In this document: positions 19,810-30,336 of the stretch, in pieces
Position numbering within the stretch: position 1 is the first letter of the stretch
Layout of the letters: each line of letters starts with the position of its first letter
Assembly (NCBI GenBank): GCA_965204345.1
Contig: OZ241981.1
Span: 960,001-1,024,000 of the forward strand
Direction: 5' to 3'
Length of the DNA stretch: 64,000 nt
From: Nitrosopumilus sp.
Lineage (GTDB): Archaea; Thermoproteota; Nitrososphaeria; Nitrososphaerales; Nitrosopumilaceae
Position numbers and translations under genes: made by a program
The notes under the pieces: generated by a model
What the model was told of the DNA's origin: nothing
Databases searched by the model: none
The model's input: only the letters and a program-made list of their open reading frames with translations

Positions 19810-21984
19810 CTAGGTGTCTGGGCAGCCATCAGTGTCTAGGTCACCGTCATAATCCTCAGGTTCTAGGGGACACGAGTCTTCATCATTGATTATACCGTCT
19901 AAATCATCATCGTGAGCAAATCTTTGTTGTTCTGGGGCAGTGTCAGGGCAGCCGTCATGATCATTATACTTGTTCCAGGTTTCAGGAATTGCCGGACAAG
20001 AGTCAGTCGTATCATAATAGCCATCGCCATCAGAGTCAAATTTTGTCGGTGCCATTGACTGGGCAGCTAATACGTCTGGGCAGCCGTCCCAGTCCAGATA
20101 TCCATTATAATTCTCAGACTCGTCAATACATGCATCCTTTCGATCATCAATTCTGTCACCATCAGAATCGGCAAATATGTATGATGAAGGTATGGCCGAA
20201 CGAGTCAAGTCAGGGCAGCCGTCATCATCTTGGAACATATTATAGATTTCAGGTTCTAGGGGACATGCATCGGAGACATCTGTAATGCCATCCATGTCAG
20301 AATCAAGTGTAAGTGTAAATTGGTCAGGGCAGCCGTCCTCATCTAAAATATCATTGAACGTTTCAGGCTGGGTTGGGCAGGAATCTAAAACATCCGGAAT
20401 ACGATCGCCATCAGAGTCTGCTGTACGTTTGTTGTCTGCTATAGAGTCTGGGCAGCCGTCATCATCTTGGAATCTATTGTAAGTTTCTTTGAGAGAGGGA
20501 CAATCATCAACATTATCAGTTATGCCATCCAAATCAGCATCTCCAAGGGAATCATATTCTACAGAGTCTGGGCAGCCGTCATCATCTTGGAATCCATTAT
20601 ATCTTTCAGCTAGTGCTGGACACATATCATAGTCATCTGGAATATAGTCGTAATCAGAGTCAGCTAATGCGGATTTGAAGAAGCCAGACACGTCTGGGCA
20701 GCCGTCCTTGTCTAAAAAGTCATTATAGTTTTCTGGCTCATCAATGCATTGATCCCACCTATCATCGATGCCATCGCCATCAGCATCTGGGAATTGATAT
20801 GAAGAAAGAATTGAATCAGTAGAATCTGGGCAGCCGTCCTCATCTTGGAACTTGTTATAGGTTTCAGGTTCTAGCATACATGCATCAGAGACATTCGGAA
20901 TGCCATCCATGTCAGTGTCTAGGTCTGATGAGAATTTGTCAGGGCAGCCGTCCTCATCTAAAATATTATTGAACGTTTCAGGCTGGTTTGGACAATGATC
21001 TATGTTATCAACAATGCCATCACCATCAGAGTCTGAAGTACGTTTGTTGTCTGCTATAGAGTCTGGGCAGCCGTCCTCATCTTGGAACTTGTTAAATGTT
21101 TCCAAGATAAACGGACAAAAGTCATTTTGATCTAAAATGCCGTCATTGTCAGCATCACGGACAAGTAAAAATTCAATTTTCTCTGGGCAGCCGTCGCTGT
21201 CTTGGAACTTGTTAAAATTTTCACGATCAAACGGACAAGAATCCACAGAATCTGGAATAGAATCATAATCAGAGTCAGCTAATGCGGATTTGGAGAAGCC
21301 AGACACGTCTGGGCAGCCGTCCTCATCTAAAAAGTCATTATAGTTTTCTGGCTCATCAATGCACTGATCCCACCTATCATCGATGCCATCGCCATCAGCG
21401 TCTGGGAAATTATACTGTGAACTAGTTGAATCATCAACATCTGGGCAGCCGTCATCATCTTGGAACTTGTTATATTTTTCAGGTTCTAGGGGACATGCAT
21501 CTAAAGAATCAGAGATGCCGTCCTGATCACTGTCCATTAGATTCAAAGTATTGTCAGGGCAGCCGTCCTTATCATCAACCCCATTGAACGTTTCAGGCTG
21601 GTTTGGACAGGAATCCAAAAAGTCAGGATAACCATCAGCATCAGAGTCTGCAATATTCTTTGTGTTATCAGGTGACAGGTCTGAGCAGCCGTCCTCATCT
21701 TGGAACTTGTTATATGTTTCTTTTACAGTTGGACAATCATCAACATGATCCTGAATGCCGTCATAATCAGCATCATACCATGGAACAAAATCTGCAGGAC
21801 AGCCGTCTATGTTATCGCCATATTCTAAATCATAATCCTCTAAAAGATGAGGGCAGAAATCAATATCGTCTGGCACCCCATCACCATCAGAGTCAATTTC
21901 TTGATTGGCAAAGGCACCGTTTGGCATCATACCAACAGTGGATGTAAGCAAAAGCAAAAAGCCTAAAAGATATTGTTTTTTCAT
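19810..21984 (-). CDS. Secreted thrombospondin type-3 repeat Ca-binding protein (copy 1)
   Basis: Signal peptide plus tandem DxDxDGxxDxxDxCP...ExxNxxxDxDGCPD units. Confidence 0.9.
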   Translation of the reverse strand: MKKQYLLGFLLLLTSTVGMMPNGAFANQEIDSDGDGVPDDIDFCPHLLEDYDLEYGDNIDGCPADFVPWYDADYDGIQDHVDDCPTVKETYNKFQDEDGCSDLSPDNTKNIADSDADGYPDFLDSCPNQPETFNGVDDKDGCPDNTLNLMDSDQDGISDSLDACPLEPEKYNKFQDDDGCPDVDDSTSSQYNFPDADGDGIDDRWDQCIDEPENYNDFLDEDGCPDVSGFSKSALADSDYDSIPDSVDSCPFDRENFNKFQDSDGCPEKIEFLLVRDADNDGILDQNDFCPFILETFNKFQDEDGCPDSIADNKRTSDSDGDGIVDNIDHCPNQPETFNNILDEDGCPDKFSSDLDTDMDGIPNVSDACMLEPETYNKFQDEDGCPDSTDSILSSYQFPDADGDGIDDRWDQCIDEPENYNDFLDKDGCPDVSGFFKSALADSDYDYIPDDYDMCPALAERYNGFQDDDGCPDSVEYDSLGDADLDGITDNVDDCPSLKETYNRFQDDDGCPDSIADNKRTADSDGDRIPDVLDSCPTQPETFNDILDEDGCPDQFTLTLDSDMDGITDVSDACPLEPEIYNMFQDDDGCPDLTRSAIPSSYIFADSDGDRIDDRKDACIDESENYNGYLDWDGCPDVLAAQSMAPTKFDSDGDGYYDTTDSCPAIPETWNKYNDHDGCPDTAPEQQRFAHDDDLDGIINDEDSCPLEPEDYDGDLDTDGCPDT

Positions 21985-22059
21985 CTCTCTCTGATTCCGC
22001 TATTATCAAGTATTTATTAAGTCTCACGCTAAATTGGTTCTTCTTAAAGTAAGGACAGA

Positions 22060-24231
22060 TTATGGATCTGGACAGCCGTCTAGATCTTGGTCACCATCAT
22101 AATCCTCAGGTTCTAGGGGACACAAGTCTTTGTCATCGATTATACCGTCTAAATCATCATCGTGAGCAAATCTTTGTTGTTCTGGGGCAGTGTCAGGGCA
22201 GCCGTCATGATCATTATACTTGTTCCAGGTTTCTGGAGTTGTTGGACATAAGTCAGTCGTATCAGGATATCCATCAGCATCACTGTCTCCATAAATAGGA
22301 ACTGTAGACTGTGCGCCTAGAATATCTGGGCAGCCGTCCTTGTCTAAAAAGTCATTATAGTTTTCTGGCTCATCAATGCACTGATCCCACCTATCATCGA
22401 TGCCATCGCCATCAGCGTCTGGGAAGTAATATTGTGATCTAACTGAATCATCGACATCTGGGCAGCCGTCATCATCTTGGAACTTGTTATATTTTTCAGG
22501 TTCTAGCGGACATGCATCAAAGATATCTGGAATGCCATCACTGTCAGAGTCTAGGTTTGATGTGAACTGGTCTGGGCAGCCGTCCTTGTCTAAATAATCA
22601 TTGAAGATTTCAGGCTGGGTCGGACACAGGTCAATGACATCTGGAATGCCATCACTGTCAGTATCAGAAGTAAGTTTGTTGTCTGCTATATAGTCTGGGC
22701 AGCCGTCATCATCTTGGAATTTATTGTAAGTTTCAGGAACTAAAGGACACTGATCCAGATGATCATAAATTCCGTCACCATCAGAATCTCCAACTGTTTG
22801 ATAATCAATACCATCAGGACATCCGTCAGCGTCTTGGAATTTATTGTACCTTTCAGCCAATGTCGGACATTGATCCAGATGATCAACTAATCCATCATAA
22901 TCAGAATCTAATGCTTCAGACAATGTAACACCTGGAATATCTGGGCAGCCGTCCCTGTCTAAAAAGTCATTATAGTTTTCTGGCTCATCAATGCACTGAT
23001 CCCACCTATCATCGATGCCATCGCCATCAGCGTCAGGAAATTCATATAAAGAAAGAATTGAATCATCGACATCTGGGCAGCCGTCATCATCTTGGAACAT
23101 ATTATAGATTTCGGGTTCTAGTATACATGCATCAGAGACATTCGGAATGCCATCCATGTCAGTGTCTAGGTTTGATGAGAACTGGTCTGGGCAGCCGTCA
23201 TCATCTAAAATGCCATTAAAGATTTCAGATTGGTTTGGACAATGATCTATGTTATCAGCAATGCCATCACCATCAGAGTCTGAAGTACGTTTGTTGTCTG
23301 CTATAGAATCTGGGCAGCCGTCATCATCTTGGAACTGGTTATATGTTTCAAGACTAAACGGACAAGAGTCATTTTGATCTAAAATCCCGTCATTGTCAGC
23401 ATCACCGGTGATCTTGAATTTTAACATGTCAGGACAGCCATCGCCGTCTTGGAACTTGTTAAAATTTTCACGATCAAACGGACAAGAATCCACAGAATCT
23501 GGAATTCCATCATAATCAGAATCTAATGCTTCAGGCAAAGTAACACCTGGAATATCTGGGCAGCCGTCCCTGTCTAAAAAGTCATTATAGTTTTCTGGCT
23601 CATCAATGCACTGATCCCACCTATCATCGATGCCATCGCCATCAGCGTCTGGGAAATTATACTGTGAACTAGTTGAATCATCGACATCTGGGCAGCCGTC
23701 ATCGTCTTGGAACTTGTTGTATTTTTCAGGTTCTAGGGGACATGCATCTAAAGAATCAGAGATGCCGTCCTGATCACTGTCCATTAGATTCAAAGTATTG
23801 TCAGGACAGCCGTCCTTATCATCAACACCATTGAACGTTTCAGGCTGGTTTGGACAGGAATCCAAAAAGTCAGGATATCCATCAGCATCAGAGTCTGCAA
23901 TATTCTTTGTGTTATAAGGTGACAGGTCTGGGCAGCCGTCATCGTCTTGGAACTTGTTGTATGTTTCTTTTACAGTTGGACAATCATCAACATGGTCCTG
24001 AATGCCGTCATAATCAGCATCATACCATGGAACAAAATCTGCAGGACAGCCGTCTATGTTATCACCATATTCTAAATCATAATCCTCTAAAAGATGAGGG
24101 CAGAAATCAAGATTGTTTGGCACACCATCACCATCAGAGTCAATTTCTTGAGTGGCAAGGACACCGTTTGGCATCATACCAACAGTGGATGTAAGCAAAA
24201 GCAAAAAGCCTAAAAGATATTGTTTTTTCAT
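22060..24231 (-). CDS. Secreted thrombospondin type-3 repeat protein (copy 2, recent paralogue of copy 1)
   Basis: Same signal peptide as copy 1 and near-identical first ~220 aa. Confidence 0.9.
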   Translation of the reverse strand: MKKQYLLGFLLLLTSTVGMMPNGVLATQEIDSDGDGVPNNLDFCPHLLEDYDLEYGDNIDGCPADFVPWYDADYDGIQDHVDDCPTVKETYNKFQDDDGCPDLSPYNTKNIADSDADGYPDFLDSCPNQPETFNGVDDKDGCPDNTLNLMDSDQDGISDSLDACPLEPEKYNKFQDDDGCPDVDDSTSSQYNFPDADGDGIDDRWDQCIDEPENYNDFLDRDGCPDIPGVTLPEALDSDYDGIPDSVDSCPFDRENFNKFQDGDGCPDMLKFKITGDADNDGILDQNDSCPFSLETYNQFQDDDGCPDSIADNKRTSDSDGDGIADNIDHCPNQSEIFNGILDDDGCPDQFSSNLDTDMDGIPNVSDACILEPEIYNMFQDDDGCPDVDDSILSLYEFPDADGDGIDDRWDQCIDEPENYNDFLDRDGCPDIPGVTLSEALDSDYDGLVDHLDQCPTLAERYNKFQDADGCPDGIDYQTVGDSDGDGIYDHLDQCPLVPETYNKFQDDDGCPDYIADNKLTSDTDSDGIPDVIDLCPTQPEIFNDYLDKDGCPDQFTSNLDSDSDGIPDIFDACPLEPEKYNKFQDDDGCPDVDDSVRSQYYFPDADGDGIDDRWDQCIDEPENYNDFLDKDGCPDILGAQSTVPIYGDSDADGYPDTTDLCPTTPETWNKYNDHDGCPDTAPEQQRFAHDDDLDGIIDDKDLCPLEPEDYDGDQDLDGCPDP

Positions 24232-24243
24232 TCTAAGATACTC

Positions 24244-26679
24244 CTAAGGATCAGGGCAGCCGTCAGCATCTCTATCACCATCATAATCTTCAGGTTCTAG
24301 AGGACACGCATCATATTCATTAATTATATCATCTAAATCAGCATCATGCTTGTATCTTGATTGCTCTGGAACAATATCTGGGCAGCCGTCATGATCATTA
24401 TACTTGTTCCAAGACTCTTTTTCATTTGGACACAAATCAATTTCATCATCAATGCCATCATCATCACTATCAATTACAACATCTCCAATAGGTAAAATAT
24501 CTGGGCAGCCGTCATAATCTACATATCTATTCCAAACTTCATCTTGGTTCGGACATATATCCATCACATCTGGGACACCATCACCATCACTGTCTGGTTG
24601 GGTATCATCAACATCTGGACAGCCGTCCTCATCTTGGATGCCATTATAGTTTTCAGCAACTAGAGGGCAATCATCATAAACATTATGAATTCCGTCATTG
24701 TCTGAATCAATCACATGTGATTCAGATATGGTATCAGGGCAGCCGTCCTCATCTTGGAACTTGTTATATGTTTCCTTTGCAGTTGGACATGCATCAATTC
24801 CATATGGAATTCCATCTAAATCTCTATCGTGTTGTAAAGTGTAATTATCAGGACAGCCGTCTAGATCAAGGATATCATTGAATGTTTCAGGCTGGTTTGG
24901 ACAATTATCATCAAAGTCATTAATTCCGTCATTGTCTGAATCTGGAGTATCTTTGTTATCAGCCACAAAGTCGGGGCAGCCGTCATCATCTTGGAATTTA
25001 TTGTATGTTTCCTTAACTTGAGGGCATTGATCAAGTTCATCAACTATTCCATCAAAGTCCGTATCTAAAGTTGTGGTAAACTCTGGATGATCTGGGCAGC
25101 CGTCATCATCTTGGAAGCCATTGTAAGTTTCACGATCAAGGACGCATTCATCTAGGGAATCAACTATTCCATCAAAGTCAGAATCAGTATCAGATGGATC
25201 ATCTGGGCAGCCGTCATTATCCTGATAACGATTCCAGGTTTCCGGAGTAGAAGGGCATTGATCTAAGGTATCCCTAATTCCGTCATCATCAGAATCTAAC
25301 ACAAGAACATCTGGGCAGCCGTCCTCATCATTATAGCCATTTAATGTCTCTGGTTCTAATGGACACTTGTCATTCAAATCAATAATACCATCAGCATCAT
25401 AATCTGAGTTAAACAATCCAAACACCGTGTCAGGGCAGCCGTCATCATCTTGGAATTTATTGTAGGTTTCCTTAGCAGTTGGACACAAATCTAAACTATC
25501 AACTATGCCATCAGAGTCTCTATCAAAGGGAGAATCTGTGTCAGGACAGCCGTCTCGATCAAAGACACCATTGAACGTTTCAGGTTGGTTTGGGCACAAG
25601 TCTGAAAAATCATTAATTCCATCATTGTCTGAATCTGGTGTATCTTTGTTATCAGTTACAAAGTCGGGGCAGCCGTCATTATCTTGGAATTTATTATAAG
25701 TCTCTTTAACTTGAGGGCATTGATCAACGGTATCAAAAATTCCATCAAGGTCAGAATCGACATCGCCTGAATAAGGAGGAATGTCAGGACAGCCGTCATT
25801 ATCCAAGTATCCATTGTATCGTTCTGGCTTTAATGGACACTCATCATCAATATCAAATATCCTATCACCATCTGCATCATTTTGTGTACCATCAAAAGAT
25901 TGTATTGTATCAGGGCAGCCGTCATAATCAGCAAATTGATTAAAAGTTTCAGGATTATCAGGACAAATATCAAATTGATCAGCGATTCCATCATCGTCTA
26001 AATCACTAAATGAAGAATCAAGTGCAACATCAGGGCAGCCGTCAGTGTCTTTGTAATCATTGTACACCTCAGGCTCTGTTATACAAAAATCAACTTTGTC
26101 TTGAATACCATCATTGTCAGTATCAACAAAAGCAAAATCGTTTACAGAATCAGGGCAGCCGTCCTCATCTTCGAACTTGTTGTAGGTTTCAGGATTAAGT
26201 GGACATTCATCTGCAAAGTCTGAGACTCCGTCCAAGTCCCTATCGCCAGAACCATATGAATCCGGACAGCCGTCTCGATCAAGTATACCATTGAATGTTT
26301 CAGGTTGGTTTGGGCACAAGTCCACCAGATCAATAAAACCGTCACTGTCCGAATCAGATGCGCCACCTTTTCCGCTTCCGGGAATGGTATCAGGGCAGCC
26401 GTCTAGATCCTCAAATTTATTATAATTCTCTTTAAGATTTGGACACTGATCAATATGATCCTCTATTCCATCATAATCCTCATCATACCATGGAACAAAG
26501 TTTGACGGACACCCATCTATCGTACTTTCATAATCTTCTTGCAAATTAGGACACATATCTATGAAATCCTCAACTCCATCTTTGTCCAGGTCATCAGCGG
26601 CAAAAGCTGGATTAATAGGCATACTAGTTAAGGTAGTTACAAGCAACAACAGAAATGATAAATAGTGTATTTTTTTCAA
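24244..26679 (-). CDS. Secreted thrombospondin type-3 repeat protein (copy 3, more divergent)
   Basis: Signal peptide, FVPWYD N-cap, TSP3 repeats, PEQ..HD.DLD C-cap. Confidence 0.9.
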   Translation of the reverse strand: MKKIHYLSFLLLLVTTLTSMPINPAFAADDLDKDGVEDFIDMCPNLQEDYESTIDGCPSNFVPWYDEDYDGIEDHIDQCPNLKENYNKFEDLDGCPDTIPGSGKGGASDSDSDGFIDLVDLCPNQPETFNGILDRDGCPDSYGSGDRDLDGVSDFADECPLNPETYNKFEDEDGCPDSVNDFAFVDTDNDGIQDKVDFCITEPEVYNDYKDTDGCPDVALDSSFSDLDDDGIADQFDICPDNPETFNQFADYDGCPDTIQSFDGTQNDADGDRIFDIDDECPLKPERYNGYLDNDGCPDIPPYSGDVDSDLDGIFDTVDQCPQVKETYNKFQDNDGCPDFVTDNKDTPDSDNDGINDFSDLCPNQPETFNGVFDRDGCPDTDSPFDRDSDGIVDSLDLCPTAKETYNKFQDDDGCPDTVFGLFNSDYDADGIIDLNDKCPLEPETLNGYNDEDGCPDVLVLDSDDDGIRDTLDQCPSTPETWNRYQDNDGCPDDPSDTDSDFDGIVDSLDECVLDRETYNGFQDDDGCPDHPEFTTTLDTDFDGIVDELDQCPQVKETYNKFQDDDGCPDFVADNKDTPDSDNDGINDFDDNCPNQPETFNDILDLDGCPDNYTLQHDRDLDGIPYGIDACPTAKETYNKFQDEDGCPDTISESHVIDSDNDGIHNVYDDCPLVAENYNGIQDEDGCPDVDDTQPDSDGDGVPDVMDICPNQDEVWNRYVDYDGCPDILPIGDVVIDSDDDGIDDEIDLCPNEKESWNKYNDHDGCPDIVPEQSRYKHDADLDDIINEYDACPLEPEDYDGDRDADGCPDP

Positions 26680-26818
26680 TGCCTAAAATTACCTTGAGGA
26701 TCCAGTTATTAAACCTCACTCTACAAAGAGCTGAAAATATCATTCAGTATTAGGCAAAGTTTCCATGTTGGACAAAAAACACGAACAATTTAAGTAAACC
26801 ATAGCACGATCTGAACCT

Positions 26819-27847
26819 ATGAGCTGTTCTGGGGAAACCGTGGAGGAGAAGGAGGAACTGATCCAGATCAGGCCTGCTGTATCTGCGCAGTTAAAAAAAG
26901 CAAAGTATGGGGTAGCTGACCATTCAACGGTAGGACTCTGCCATTGGACAAAAAAATCATTCAAGCATGAAGGAAGTTGCTACAAACACAAGTTTTATGG
27001 AATTTCAACCCACAGGTGCATGGAATTTTCCCCTGCAGGAATGTATTGTGAAAACAGATGTGTGTATTGCTGGAGACCAATGGAATTTTATGATTCAATG
27101 CAAATGGAGCCAGAACAGGTGGCAGAGCCAGAGCAAATTTTAACAAAATTGATGGCCGAAAGAAAAAAACTAATCAACGGATTCTATGGAGATTCAAGAA
27201 ACGACAAGCAAAGACTGGATGAATCACTATTGCCTGCCCACTATGCAATTTCACTTTCCGGAGAACCTACAATGTATCCAAAACTGCCAGAATTAATAAA
27301 GTATCTAAAGACACTAGAAGCAACAAAATCAATTTTTCTTGTAACTAACGGACAGGAACCGGACATGATTCAGAGATTACAAGACGAAGATGCATTGCCA
27401 ACACAGCTGTATCTGTCAACTAATGCCGCAGACTATGAGTCATTTATGAGAATAAACAAACCAAGATATGATGATTCGTGGGAAAGATGGAACAAAACAC
27501 TTGACATGCTAAAAAGTTTGGATACAAGAACGGTGTTAAGAATTACACTGATTAGAGACTACAATGATCATAAGGAATCAATACCGGCTTTTGCAAAGAT
27601 GTTCAGAGAAGCAAGTCCGCATTTTATAGAGATTAAATCATACATGCACATTGGACGTTCAACTAACAGATTAGAGCATGAAAACATGTTAGAAATGCAG
27701 GAGATAAGAAAATTCAGCCAAGAGATAGCAAAACAAAGTGAGATGTTCTCGGTGATGGACGAGAGTATTGTTTCAAGAATATCAATACTGCAAAATAACA
27801 GACGGCATACTGATCGTTTTATTTCTGCTTGTGCAAATACCACTTAG
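26819..27847 (+). CDS. taw1: 4-demethylwyosine synthase Taw1/TYW1 (radical SAM)
   Basis: LCHWTK, CYKHKFYGI, CENRCVYCWR, SLSGEP. Confidence 0.95.
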   Translation: MSCSGETVEEKEELIQIRPAVSAQLKKAKYGVADHSTVGLCHWTKKSFKHEGSCYKHKFYGISTHRCMEFSPAGMYCENRCVYCWRPMEFYDSMQMEPEQVAEPEQILTKLMAERKKLINGFYGDSRNDKQRLDESLLPAHYAISLSGEPTMYPKLPELIKYLKTLEATKSIFLVTNGQEPDMIQRLQDEDALPTQLYLSTNAADYESFMRINKPRYDDSWERWNKTLDMLKSLDTRTVLRITLIRDYNDHKESIPAFAKMFREASPHFIEIKSYMHIGRSTNRLEHENMLEMQEIRKFSQEIAKQSEMFSVMDESIVSRISILQNNRRHTDRFISACANTT

Positions 27848-28373
27848 AGAATTTTTTTAAGGCCTTGTATCTGTGGGAAAGCTCATTTTTGTTGGTAATT
27901 TCTGCAAATGTTTTCTTTGAGTTACCTGGAATGAAGATTGGATCATACCCCCAGCCTTCTCCCTTCTGTGATCTGGCTATGCTCCCATGCAGCCTGCCTT
28001 CAAAGGACTCTAGGACGGCTCCATCACAATAAGTAATGATGGAGACAAACTTTGCCTTTCTATTTTTTTTTACAAGGTGCAGTATCCCGTCATTTCCAAT
28101 GGTCTTAAAGACGTATGATGAATACGGACCTGGAAAACCTGCAATCGCATCAATGAATAATCCGTCATCTTCAATGATGATGGGTTTCTTGAATTTAGAA
28201 AATGCATCTCTTGCCTTTCTCATTGCTATATCATAAAGGGAACCTGATTGAATTTCCTCCAAGCTGGATTTTAAAAAGCCAAGACTTATTCCAAGGGAAT
28301 CCAAAATGCCCCTAGCCTCACGATACTTGTGATTGTTTGAGGATACAAAAAACAGATCAAACGACTTGTGCAT
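27819..28373 (-). CDS. rdgB: Non-canonical purine NTP pyrophosphatase (RdgB/HAM1)
   Basis: SSNNHK, EDDGL, FPGPYS, GWGYDPIF, SHR. Confidence 0.93.
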   Translation of the reverse strand: MHKSFDLFFVSSNNHKYREARGILDSLGISLGFLKSSLEEIQSGSLYDIAMRKARDAFSKFKKPIIIEDDGLFIDAIAGFPGPYSSYVFKTIGNDGILHLVKKNRKAKFVSIITYCDGAVLESFEGRLHGSIARSQKGEGWGYDPIFIPGNSKKTFAEITNKNELSHRYKALKKFSKWYLHKQK

Positions 28374-28992
28374 ATCTGCCTCGGCTCTCTATATCTGAGA
28401 CTAGCTTGGTAATTTTGGCACAGTATCTGCTGCCAACAACGGACTTGTAGCCGCCAAGAAAGCTTTTCCAAGCAGAAATCATGATTCTTGCATGAGCACT
28501 ATTGAGAATTTCTTTTATCAGCCTCAAATCAACTGCGTGATCTTCAGGTTTTACTGAAACTTGGGAAAGGCCAAAATCAATGACATAAATTCTGTTTTGG
28601 GACAAAATAAAGTTCGAAGTGGTCAGATCACCATGCATGACTCCATTCTTGTGTAATGTGCCCACCAATCTTCCAATGTCCCTTGAGAACCCAATGATCT
28701 TTGATTCAGACAAGTCATGTACGGGGGTTCCGGGAATTTCTTGCATCATAATGGATGTGTCTTTCAAATTTACAAAATAAACAAGCGGGGCAGGAACCCC
28801 ATACGACTTTACAAGGGACAGCATCTGCGATTCCCTGATTGTTCTCTGCTTGCGAATTTTTGAGTCCAGTAAAGAATTTCTATACTTTTTGACTTTTCTG
28901 ATTTTTAATATTGCCTTGGAGTTTTGCCAACGGGTTTGGTATAGGTCCGCCTCGGCTCCTTTTTTGATTAGTTTCACTAACATTATATCCAA
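28357..28992 (-). CDS. bud32: KEOPS kinase/ATPase Bud32
   Basis: KGAEA, HGDLTTSN, IDFGL, SRGRY. Confidence 0.95.
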   Translation of the reverse strand: MDIMLVKLIKKGAEADLYQTRWQNSKAILKIRKVKKYRNSLLDSKIRKQRTIRESQMLSLVKSYGVPAPLVYFVNLKDTSIMMQEIPGTPVHDLSESKIIGFSRDIGRLVGTLHKNGVMHGDLTTSNFILSQNRIYVIDFGLSQVSVKPEDHAVDLRLIKEILNSAHARIMISAWKSFLGGYKSVVGSRYCAKITKLVSDIESRGRYAQVV

Positions 28993-29014
28993 AAGAATTC
29001 AATAAAAATTAACC

Positions 29015-29347
29015 ATGGATAAAGGAGAAAAGAGAATCAAGCAGGAGGACTGTAGTGAGGACAAGCTGGGAGCAGGGATTCTGACACTGACAAGTAACAG
29101 ATTGGCATTTGATAAGACCAATGCAAGGATAATGGATTTTTCAAAACGTTTTGGAGATACGGTGCTAGATGTTTCGCTAGACCAGGTAACCAAAACATGG
29201 AAGGAGGGATTACTGATCAAAAAGGTATGCTTTATTGCAAAGATAAATGAGAAGGAGGAGGAACAGACCTTCAAGTTTGGAGTTTTTAATACCAAAAGCT
29301 GGCTTGGGGCAATTGATCAGGCCATTGCTAAAAGCAAGGATCAGTAA
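29015..29347 (+). CDS. Hypothetical protein (PH/GRAM-like fold possible)
   Basis: GILTLTSNRLAF motif and a C-terminal W-containing helix. Confidence 0.65.
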   Translation: MDKGEKRIKQEDCSEDKLGAGILTLTSNRLAFDKTNARIMDFSKRFGDTVLDVSLDQVTKTWKEGLLIKKVCFIAKINEKEEEQTFKFGVFNTKSWLGAIDQAIAKSKDQ

Positions 29348-30336
29348 CGTACCTTGACAGAGTCTAGTCTCCAAGACTGGGTAACAAATGTGTCTTTTAA
29401 TGAAGCGCCCTGCTTGACTTGTGATTCTAGCAGGCCAGTCCAGCATATTTGGCTGCCACAGTCTCCTGCGTACTTTAAGGGAACCACAAAAAATTTGCAG
29501 CCGTGCCTTTTGCATACGTCTTTGAGCATTTCAGCTAGTCGCCTGTTGGCTGCAACACCCCCAACAATCATCAATTCCTTTTTTTGGGTAAACGAGAGGG
29601 CACGCTCGACGGCCTCGCTAATCATTGCAAATGCAGTCTCCTGAAGTGAGTAGCATGCATCCTCCTTGTTTTTCATTGCAGCGGATTTTGTTGCAGATAA
29701 CAATCCAGAAAAAGACACATCGTTTCCCTTAACAGAGTAAGGCAGAGACACGTAATTTGAAGAGGAATTTGCCAACTCTTCTATGTTCTTCCCACAGGGA
29801 GAGGCATATCCAATTGATCTTCCAAACTGATCAAGCAGCTGGCCCAGGGTAATATCGAGCGTTTCGCCAAAGACCCTCCACTGCCTGTTTAGAAATGCCA
29901 AAAGCATGGTATGCCCTCCAGATACCAAGAGTACCAGGGGATTGGTTGCCCCAGTCAGTAATTTTCCCAACTCAATATGTCCAATTGCATGATTGACAGG
30001 ATAGATGGGAATTTTATAAAACGATGACAGGGATCTTGCAACCACGGCGCCTACACGTAAACAGGGACCCAGACCTGGACCTGCAGCATATGCGATAATA
30101 TCCAAATCAGCGACAGATACGCCTGCCTCTGTAAGGCAGTCAGATAAGACCTGGGGACTATATTCAATGTGGTGACGAGATGCCTCACGGGGATGTATTC
30201 CCTGGCCATCCTCTGGGCGGTAAATTCTTCTGATGTCTGAGAGAATTTTGCCTTTTTTTCCGTTTTTTTTATCAATAATTGCACATGAGAACGTATGGGC
30301 TGTGCTTTCAATTCCAAGGCCCAACATGTCATCCAC
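29341..30336 (-). CDS. kae1: KEOPS tRNA t6A synthase Kae1
   Basis: GIESTAH, GPGLGP, VNHAIGHIE, VSGGHT, GGVAAN. Confidence 0.97.
   Translation of the reverse strand: MDDMLGLGIESTAHTFSCAIIDKKNGKKGKILSDIRRIYRPEDGQGIHPREASRHHIEYSPQVLSDCLTEAGVSVADLDIIAYAAGPGLGPCLRVGAVVARSLSSFYKIPIYPVNHAIGHIELGKLLTGATNPLVLLVSGGHTMLLAFLNRQWRVFGETLDITLGQLLDQFGRSIGYASPCGKNIEELANSSSNYVSLPYSVKGNDVSFSGLLSATKSAAMKNKEDACYSLQETAFAMISEAVERALSFTQKKELMIVGGVAANRRLAEMLKDVCKRHGCKFFVVPLKYAGDCGSQICWTGLLESQVKQGASLKDTFVTQSWRLDSVKVRY

Noticed and set aside
19810-26679. Regularly spaced GGGCAGCCGTC motif resembling a CRISPR array
   Set aside because: The repeat is only ~11 bp, lies in frame as DGCP codons of TSP3 proteins, and the spacers are homologous to each other; no cas genes
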